A stretch of 64,000 bases of DNA from Myxococcota bacterium. GTDB taxonomy: Bacteria > Myxococcota_A > UBA796 > SXON01. Shown here piece by piece: positions 57,470 through 64,000 of this stretch. The position numbers and the translations under genes are program-made. The notes under the pieces were generated by a model. The model ran no database searches and was not told where the DNA came from. It saw nothing but the letters and a program-made list of their open reading frames with translations. The stretch spans positions 70,058 through 134,057 of the forward strand of contig JAZKFH010000005.1 of the NCBI GenBank assembly GCA_040386535.1, given 5' to 3'. Position 1 is the first letter of the stretch, and each line of letters begins with the position of its first letter.

Positions 57470-58123
57470 CTACGGCACCACCACCACGCTGCTCGCCGCG
57501 AGCGCAGCGGCGAGTCCGGCCCGCTCGTCGAGCCACGGGCCCGGGTTCATCGAGAGGGCGTTCGACGCGTACCACCAGTCCGCGACCACCGTGACGGTCT
57601 TCCCGCCGAGGACGTAGGTGCTGTGGGTCTCGTCGCCGAGGCGGCCTTCGAGCACCTTGTACTTGCCGTCCACCGTCACCGTGGTGTTCCCGCTCGTGTT
57701 CGGCGTCACCGCCATCAGCAGCTGCTTCTTGCCCTGCTTGTCGCCCGCCACGTCGGCCTGCGTGCGCGCGCGCGCCCACATCACCGAGAGCCCCTGCTCG
57801 GTCATCGTCTTGGACCCCGCGGGCGCCGTGTAGTCGTAGAGGATGTCGAGGTTGCCGCCCTCCACGAGGATGCCCGCCTTCGCGACGGTCGCGCCGTTGC
57901 TCTCCAGCGTGGCGCGCTGCTGCGCGACGTACAGCTTCACCGCGGCGACACACTCTTCCGTGGTCGGGAGCACCTCCTCCTTCTTGCCGCAGCCGACCGT
58001 GTCGGGCCACGCGTTGTGCATCCGCTGCACCACGTGGGTGGTGCCGCTCTTCACGTCGATGGTGATCGACGTCTCGGCGGAGTCGAAACACGCCGCGAGC
58101 AGGAGGAGCGGGAGGAAGCGCAT
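57470..58123 (-). CDS. Hypothetical lipoprotein flanked by repeats
   Basis: MRFLPLLLLAAC lipobox; GC3-biased codons. Confidence 0.7.
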   Translation of the reverse strand: MRFLPLLLLAACFDSAETSITIDVKSGTTHVVQRMHNAWPDTVGCGKKEEVLPTTEECVAAVKLYVAQQRATLESNGATVAKAGILVEGGNLDILYDYTAPAGSKTMTEQGLSVMWARARTQADVAGDKQGKKQLLMAVTPNTSGNTTVTVDGKYKVLEGRLGDETHSTYVLGGKTVTVVADWWYASNALSMNPGPWLDERAGLAAALAASSVVVVP

Positions 58124-58225
58124 GGAGAATCCTGTGCTGGAGGTCGGGAGCGGCCGATACGGCAGCGGCATCCTACACGCGTCGCGGCGTGCAGGTGGGC
58201 GCGGCGCTCGTCGGGGCGGGGCGGC

Positions 58226-58378
58226 AACGGGCTTCGGGCGACCGACGCCCGCGGCGGTGCCTCGGCGCCGGCAACGCGGGCGCGACGGTCGGCCCCCGCG
58301 TGGCGCCGACCGCCGCGCCAGGGCTCCTCCACCAGACGATCGCGACGTCGTAGCCGTGCATCCGCCCGCCCTCGGTGA
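58226..58378. repeat. ~150-bp direct repeat, right copy
   Basis: Same orientation as 57189-57337. Confidence 0.85.
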
Positions 58379-58394
58379 CCCCCTCGCGTTCCAG

Positions 58395-58581
58395 ACCCGA
58401 CAAATCTCGCGTCACGACCGGCAGTGACGCCCGTTCTGTCGGGTCGTCGGGGCCATCGCTCCCGAATTGTCCGCCTTGGCCCGTCCGCGATTGCGCTGGC
58501 GACGCCGCGAATGCCCCCTCCCGGCCCCGAAACCCGACAGATCTCCCGTCACGACCGCCAGTGACGCCCGTTCTGTCGGGT
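58395..58581. repeat. Doublet of 50-bp imperfect palindromes (right)
   Basis: Copies at 58395-58444 and 58532-58581, period 137 bp; the spacer also resembles the left doublet spacer (CGAATT..CCGCCTTGG.CCGTC). Confidence 0.85.
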
Positions 58582-58765
58582 CATAGGCGGAGCCCCTCGT
58601 GCGCGAGACGCTCCTGGCCGGCGGCGAAGACCGCATCTCGGTCGTGACCGTCGCCCGACGGATCCTCACGGCGATCTCGCCCCGGGGCCGTGGCGGCGCC
58701 GCCTCGGCGACGGGCACCGCGGCCCACGCCGGTTGCCCAGACAAATACCTACGCAACCAGACGAA

Positions 58766-59137
58766 CTACCGCGCGAGGTAGATCCGCTTCGTGCCGCCCT
58801 CCAGCACGTACATCGCCGAGTGTTCGGGGTCGACGATGGCGAGCAGCGCGTCGTAGTAGCCGCCGTTCTCGACACGGAACTCGTGCTCGGAGAGCCAGCG
58901 GCCGTCGAGCGCGGGGTTGGCCGCGATGTGGTACCGCGGCCGCGTCCCGCGCGCGAAGGTGGCGGCGCCGCCCTCCGCGACGATGAAGCGTGGGTCGAGC
59001 AGCCGCTCGAAGCGGGTCGGCAGCTTGTCGCGGACCCGGTCGCGGTCGTGCGGCGCCTCGAGCCAGCGGCGGAGCTTGGCGCGCTCCTCCCGCTTCACGA
59101 AGCTCGACACGAACAGCTCTTCGATGGTGGGATCCAG
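58766..59137 (-). CDS. Small hypothetical protein (possible CTG start at 59137, otherwise GTG at 59110)
   Basis: Protein-like composition; AAGGAG lies 5 nt before an in-frame CTG. Confidence 0.5.
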   Translation of the reverse strand: MDPTIEELFVSSFVKREERAKLRRWLEAPHDRDRVRDKLPTRFERLLDPRFIVAEGGAATFARGTRPRYHIAANPALDGRWLSEHEFRVENGGYYDALLAIVDPEHSAMYVLEGGTKRIYLAR

Positions 59138-59234
59138 GCTCGCTCCTTCCGACGTCGGCCCCGCCTATCCGGAATGCCTCCGCCGCGGTGTGCGCGCGCG
59201 GCCACGAGGCGTCGAACGCGGGTACGGTGGCCCC

Positions 59235-60044
59235 ATGCGTCCCCTTCCCGCGGTGGTCCTCGCGCTCGCCGCGGCGTGTACCGGCCGCCCGGCGTTCGTG
59301 TGCCCGGCGGCGCCGGTGGTCGGCGCCGAGCAGGTGCTGGCGCCCGGTCGCGTCGTGCTGCTCGGCGAGATGCACGGCACCACCGAGGCCCCCGACATCG
59401 CGGGGCGGCTCGCGTGCCAGGCGGCAGCGGCGGGCCACGCCGTGTCACTGGGCCTGGAGGTGCCGACCACGCTCCAACCCGCCTTGGACACGCCACCGAG
59501 GACCCTCGCCGCGGCCACCGCGCTGATGGCCGACCCGTTCTGGCTCCGCGCGGACCAGGACGGACGCAGCAGCGTTGCGATGCGCGATCTGATCCTGCGC
59601 GTCGGAGAATGGCGCACGGACGGAGCCGACATCACGCTGTTCGCGTTCGACATCGGCCGGGGTGAGCCGGGAGAGCGGGACGCGTGGATGGCCGAGCGGG
59701 TGCGGCGCGAGGCCAATCGCAGGCAGGAGGGCGTCGTCGTGGCGCTCGTCGGGAACATCCACCCCCGCCGCGGGCCCCATGCCGCGGAAGGCCTCGACTT
59801 CACCCCGATGGGCGCACACCTGGACGCGCTCGGGAGCCGACTCGTGTCACTCGACCTCGCGCATTCCGGTGGCACCGCGTGGGCGTGCTACAGCGGCGAG
59901 GGATGCCAGAAGAAGCTCCTCGGGGGCAGGGATCGCGGTCCCACACAATTCGTGGAGCTGTTCGGCGAGCCAGACCGCCGCGGGTTCGACGGGAGCTACT
60001 ACGTGGGGCCGATCGCGGCGTCGCCGCCGGCGCGGAGCCGATAG
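59235..60044 (+). CDS. Lipoprotein of the ChaN/EreA/Tiki superfamily (putative hydrolase)
   Basis: LAAAC lipobox; LLGEMHGT, LGLE, RDAWMA and LVGNIH motifs. Confidence 0.65.
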   Translation: MRPLPAVVLALAAACTGRPAFVCPAAPVVGAEQVLAPGRVVLLGEMHGTTEAPDIAGRLACQAAAAGHAVSLGLEVPTTLQPALDTPPRTLAAATALMADPFWLRADQDGRSSVAMRDLILRVGEWRTDGADITLFAFDIGRGEPGERDAWMAERVRREANRRQEGVVVALVGNIHPRRGPHAAEGLDFTPMGAHLDALGSRLVSLDLAHSGGTAWACYSGEGCQKKLLGGRDRGPTQFVELFGEPDRRGFDGSYYVGPIAASPPARSR

Positions 60045-60045
60045 G

Positions 60046-60906
60046 TCACCACGCGAACGCCAGCCCCACCCCGAGCCCCAACGACGCCACACCCGCCACC
60101 GCCCAGCCGACGGTCAGGCCGTTGGTCGTGTCGCGGAGCGCGGTCAGCTCGGCATCCGAGAGCCCGTTGTCCTCGTCCCGGAAGGTGGCGACGGAATTGG
60201 CCGCGACCCCGTAGAGCACGCCGGTGGTCACGATGGAGGCCGCGGTCAGCGCGATCATCGGCACCCGCGCTGGGCGACGGGCCGGGGCGGCGGACGGGAG
60301 CGCGCGCGTGGTGCGCTGAACCGGCGCCTTTGCCGAGAGGGTGGAGGGCGCGGCCCACGCCCCGAGGTCATCCCCCGGCCAGACGTAGCGGGTCTCCACC
60401 ACGGCCCCCTGCCCGTCCACCTGTTGGATCACCGTCGCCCTGCCCGCGGGCGCCGCCGTGTGGGCCAACCCGTCGACCTCGAGCCACCCCGAATCCAACG
60501 TCACCAACGCACGGGAAGACGGCTCCCGCGCGAGGAGCCCGGCGTGGGAGAGCAGATCGCGGATCGGGTGCCCGGCGGGGTACAGCGCGAGGGACAGTTG
60601 GTAGCCGGGATCGGCGGACAGGAGCCCGGCCAACGCGGGGGCGATCCGACTGTCCTCCTTCTGGAGGAACGCGGCGGTCGCCATGACCCGGTGCACCGCG
60701 CCCACGGCGGGGCCGGAGAGCGGCTCGTTCACACACTCCAGCCGGCGGAGCAGCGTGTCACGCGCGGCGAAGAACCCCTCGGTGTCCATCTTGGTGACAT
60801 TCAGGTCGGCAGACCCCACAACGTCCATCACGCCACGGGAGCTCCACGTCTGCGCGCACTCCGCGAGGGGGGCGGCGGCGGCGAGGGACGCGAGCGCGAG
60901 AAACAT
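60046..60906 (-). CDS. Exported hypothetical protein with C-terminal hydrophobic helices
   Basis: Signal-like N-terminus; helical domain; two C-terminal Gly/Ala-rich hydrophobic segments ending in W. Confidence 0.6.
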   Translation of the reverse strand: MFLALASLAAAAPLAECAQTWSSRGVMDVVGSADLNVTKMDTEGFFAARDTLLRRLECVNEPLSGPAVGAVHRVMATAAFLQKEDSRIAPALAGLLSADPGYQLSLALYPAGHPIRDLLSHAGLLAREPSSRALVTLDSGWLEVDGLAHTAAPAGRATVIQQVDGQGAVVETRYVWPGDDLGAWAAPSTLSAKAPVQRTTRALPSAAPARRPARVPMIALTAASIVTTGVLYGVAANSVATFRDEDNGLSDAELTALRDTTNGLTVGWAVAGVASLGLGVGLAFAW

Positions 60907-60954
60907 GGGGTCGGCCTCGTTTACAAGGTACCATGCGGGCCGCCCCGGGCGGCG

Positions 60955-62298
60955 CTAATCGTCGTTACGCACGATCACTGGATGCGCCACCGCCTCGTCC
61001 GGCGCCCACGTCTCGAGATCCACCGCGCCCTGCGACCGCGTGCGCAGATCGCGCACCTCGTGCTCGGCGCGCTCGGCGCCCGCCGGGAACCACACGTACG
61101 GGATGCCCTTGGCGTCGGCATACTCGATCTGCTTGCCCCACTTGAGCGGGCGGTCGAACACCTCGGTGGCGATGCCACGCGCGCGCAGGGACTCGGCGGC
61201 GGCGCGGGCCTCGGGGCGGGCCTCCTCGGTGGCGAGGGCCACGAGCACGCACGTGGGCGACTTGCGCGACATGTCGAGCTTGCCGCGCCCGAACAGCCGG
61301 CCGAGGATGCGGGAGAGGCCGATGGACACGCCGATGCCCGGGAGCTTGTCCTTGCCGACGGAGGCGAGGTTGTCGTACCGGCCGCCGGAGCAGACGGAGC
61401 CGAGCTGTTCGTGCCCCACCATGACACCCTCGTAGACGACGCCCGTGTAGTAGTCGAGCCCGCGCGCGATGCGCAGGTTGGCGACCACGCGGCCGGCGGG
61501 CAGGCTCGCGGTCTCGCGCAGGACGAGCTCCATCTCGGAGAGGCCCTCCTGGAGCAGCGGATCGGAGTAGCCGAGCGCCTCGATGCGCCGCAGCACGGCG
61601 AGATCCGACCCGGAGATGCTGGCGAGGTCGAGGCACCGCTGCGCCGTGGCGGTCGGCAGGCCAGTGACCAATTCGAGCTCGGCGAGGGTCTTGGCGGGGC
61701 CGAGCTTGTCGAGCTTGTCCATCACGCGGAGGGTGGCGGACAGGTCGGTGATGCCGAGCGCGCGGTAGAACCCTTCGAGGATCTTCCGGTTGTTCACCTG
61801 GATGGACACGGGCGGGATCGGCAGATCGTCGAGCACCTCGCGCATGAGCATGGTCATCTCGACGTCCCACCACACGGGCAGGTTGTTCAGGCCGATGACA
61901 TCCGCGTCCGCCTGGTAGAACTCGCGGAACCGCCCGTCCTGCGGGCGCTCGCCGCGCCACACGCGCTGGATCTGGTAGCGCTTGAACGGGAAGGTCAGGT
62001 CGTTCTTGTGCTGGACGACGTAGCGCGCGAAGGGGATCGTGAGGTCGAAGTGCAGGCCGAGGCCGCTCGAGTCGGCCTCGTCCTCCGCGTGCAGGCGGCG
62101 CAGGACGTAGATCTCCTTGTCGGTCGCGCCCTTCTTCACGAGGGTCTCGAGCGGCTCGACGGAGCGGGTCTCGACGGGCACGTAGCCGTGCAGCTCGTAG
62201 CGGCGCCGGATGCGATCCATGAGGTCCTGCTCGACCATGCGCTGGTGCGGGAGCCACTCGGGAAAACCGGTGAGCGCGCCGACGGTGGGCTTTGCCAT
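60955..62298 (-). CDS. hisS: Histidine--tRNA ligase
   Basis: FDLTIPFAR, RGERPQDGRFREFYQ, ARGLDYYTG and GGRYDNL motifs; anticodon-binding domain. Confidence 0.97.
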   Translation of the reverse strand: MAKPTVGALTGFPEWLPHQRMVEQDLMDRIRRRYELHGYVPVETRSVEPLETLVKKGATDKEIYVLRRLHAEDEADSSGLGLHFDLTIPFARYVVQHKNDLTFPFKRYQIQRVWRGERPQDGRFREFYQADADVIGLNNLPVWWDVEMTMLMREVLDDLPIPPVSIQVNNRKILEGFYRALGITDLSATLRVMDKLDKLGPAKTLAELELVTGLPTATAQRCLDLASISGSDLAVLRRIEALGYSDPLLQEGLSEMELVLRETASLPAGRVVANLRIARGLDYYTGVVYEGVMVGHEQLGSVCSGGRYDNLASVGKDKLPGIGVSIGLSRILGRLFGRGKLDMSRKSPTCVLVALATEEARPEARAAAESLRARGIATEVFDRPLKWGKQIEYADAKGIPYVWFPAGAERAEHEVRDLRTRSQGAVDLETWAPDEAVAHPVIVRNDD

Positions 62299-62370
62299 GG
62301 GATCCTTCCGGGGAGAGGGCCGGGGAGCTAACCCGCGTGGCGCACGGATGGCGATAAGCTCCCGCTCCCG

Positions 62371-64000
62371 ATGCGCCCTCCCCGCTCCTCCGCGCCCCCC
62401 CGCTCCTCTGGGCCCCTTCGCTCCTTCGAGACGCGCGAGCTCGTCCTGGTCGGCGGCGGCCACGCCCACGTGCAGGTGCTCCGCCGCCTCGTGATGGCGC
62501 CGCGGCCCGATCTGCGCACGACCATCGTGCTCGACCGCCCGCTCGCGTTGTACTCGGGCATGGTGCCCGGCGTGGTGGCCGGCCAGTATCGCCCGCACGA
62601 GGCCGAGATCGACGTGTGGCCGCTGGCCCGCCGCGCGGGGGCGCGCATCGTGGACGCCGCGGCGACGGGGATCGACACGAACGCCGCGCGCCTGCTCGTC
62701 GAGGGCCGCCCGCCGATCGCCTACGACGCCGTGAGCTTCGACGTGGGCGCGACCGTCGCGGGGCTCGACATCCCTGGCGTGCGCGAACACGCGGTGCCGA
62801 CGCGGCCCATCGGCCGGTTCGTGGAGCGCATCGACGCGGCGATCGCGGCGCTCGGCGCCACGCCGCGGATCCTCGTGGTCGGCGCCGGCGCGGGCGGGGT
62901 GGAGGTGGCGTTCGTGTTGCGGCACCGCACGCGCGGCGAGGTGACGCTGCTCGAGGCGGGGGACACGCTCCTGCCGGGGTGGACCGCGGGCCTGGGCCGC
63001 CGGGTGCGGGCCGCCGCGGAGCTGCGTGGCGTCACGATCCGCACGGGCACGGCGGTCACCCACGTGGAACCAAATCGGGCCCACGTCACGGGCGGCGATC
63101 CCCTCCGCTTCGACCTCCTGGTGTGGGTCACCGGCGCCGCGCCCCACCCGTGGATGGCCGCGTTGGGGCTCCCGACCGATCCGCGGGGGTTCCTCCGCGT
63201 CGGGGCCACCCTCCAGGTGCCCGACCACCCAGCAATCTTCGGCGCCGGCGACTGCGTGTCGCTCGACGGGCACGCGCTCGCAAAGGCCGGCGTCTACGCG
63301 GTGCGGCAGGGCCCCGTGCTCACCGACAACCTGTTCGCGCGGCTCTCCGGGGCCCCCCTGCGCGCCTACACACCCCAGCGCGGCTTCCTCACGCTGTTGA
63401 ACCTCGGCGACGGCGTCGCCATCGGCGCGAAGGGGCCGCTCGCGTTCGGGGGCGCGTGGGCGTGGCGCTGGAAGGACCGCATCGATCGCGCGTTCATGGC
63501 GCGTTTCCAATCGATCGCGGTGGATGACACACCCACGTTCACGCCCATGTCGGGGGAGGAGATGGTGTGTGGCGGGTGCGCGGCCAAGGTGGGGCCCGGC
63601 GAGCTGTCGCGGGCCCTCGCGCGCCTGGACGTCCCGCTCGATCCGAGCGTGGAGCTCGGGCTCTCCCACCCCGACGACGCCGCGGTCGTGCGCACCCCCG
63701 GCGGCGACCGCGTGGGGCTCACCATCGACGCGTTCACCGCCTTCTACGACGATCCCTGGATGGTGGGGCGCATCGCCGCGGTCAACGCCGTGAACGATCT
63801 GTACGCCAAGGGGCTGACCCCGCGGTGGGCCCTGGCGTTGGTCGGCATCCCCGACGAGGGGCCACGCGCCACGGAAGAGACGTTGTTCCAGGTGATGCAC
63901 GGCGCGCGGGTCACGCTCGACGCGCTCGGCGTCACGTTGGTGGGGGGCCACACCCTCCGCACCGACGGGCTGCAGGTGGGCTTCACCGTGGCGGGGATCG
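62371..64000 (+). CDS. selD: FAD-dependent oxidoreductase fused to selenide,water dikinase (3'-truncated; absent from the ORF track)
   Basis: Frame from ATG 62371 gives ELVLVGGGHAH, YSGMVPG, GAGAGGVE, KAGVYAVRQG, WKDRIDRAFM, then MVCGGCAAKV, DDAAV, NAVNDLYA and LVGGHT. Confidence 0.9.
   Translation, partial: MRPPRSSAPPRSSGPLRSFETRELVLVGGGHAHVQVLRRLVMAPRPDLRTTIVLDRPLALYSGMVPGVVAGQYRPHEAEIDVWPLARRAGARIVDAAATGIDTNAARLLVEGRPPIAYDAVSFDVGATVAGLDIPGVREHAVPTRPIGRFVERIDAAIAALGATPRILVVGAGAGGVEVAFVLRHRTRGEVTLLEAGDTLLPGWTAGLGRRVRAAAELRGVTIRTGTAVTHVEPNRAHVTGGDPLRFDLLVWVTGAAPHPWMAALGLPTDPRGFLRVGATLQVPDHPAIFGAGDCVSLDGHALAKAGVYAVRQGPVLTDNLFARLSGAPLRAYTPQRGFLTLLNLGDGVAIGAKGPLAFGGAWAWRWKDRIDRAFMARFQSIAVDDTPTFTPMSGEEMVCGGCAAKVGPGELSRALARLDVPLDPSVELGLSHPDDAAVVRTPGGDRVGLTIDAFTAFYDDPWMVGRIAAVNAVNDLYAKGLTPRWALALVGIPDEGPRATEETLFQVMHGARVTLDALGVTLVGGHTLRTDGLQVGFTVAGI

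Noticed and set aside
56991..58581. Integron attC sites
   Set aside because: No RYYYAAC/GTTRRRY ends, hairpins come in doublets with no ORF between them, and no integrase is present
63560..63590. Selenocysteine in SelD
   Set aside because: Both active-site codons are Cys (TGT, TGC); there is no in-frame TGA
60955..63951. 998-aa HisRS with a long N-terminal extension
   Set aside because: The extension is antisense to the selD fusion; HisRS motifs begin at ATG 62298, which has an AAGGA RBS
1..64000. Prophage, IS element, rRNA/tRNA or anti-phage defence system
   Set aside because: No recognisable motifs for these were found by eye; short or highly diverged elements could have been missed

Overview
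Very GC-rich bacterial chromosomal segment, probably Myxococcota or a close relative. This is inferred from three MYXO-CTERM-like tails, a myxobacterial Cys-rich repeat, a TIGR02147-like gene and many DT/Asp-rich lipoproteins. About 45 CDS are supportable; most long ORFs in the supplied track are shadow ORFs. Housekeeping and metabolic genes: allB (partial), an allantoicase-OHCU decarboxylase fusion, uraH, thiO, murB, a PaaZ-type ALDH, Hsp20, an atypical Hsp70, tpm, a deoxyhypusine-synthase-like gene, cydAB, an acyl-CoA ligase, hisS and a FAD-oxidoreductase-SelD fusion (partial, missing from the ORF track). Notable items: (1) a stand-alone 3077-aa megasynthase (FAAL-ACP-KS-KR-ACP-C-A-PCP-C) with no AT domain, Gly in place of the conserved A-domain Asp235, and a C-terminal domain resembling acyl-ACP reductase instead of TE/R; (2) a TraA/TraB-like gene pair whose adhesin has a 35-repeat Asp-rich stalk; (3) two head-to-head arrays of 72-bp repeats; (4) a lipoprotein gene bracketed by direct repeats and hairpin doublets; (5) a split alpha-2-macroglobulin with no thioester motif, plus DAIP-like and Kazal surface proteins; (6) recurring TANNNT boxes 6-8 nt before start codons, suggesting leaderless mRNAs. 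No rRNA, tRNA, cas, integrase or transposase genes were recognised. Family assignments come from motifs read by eye and recalled knowledge; no database search was run.
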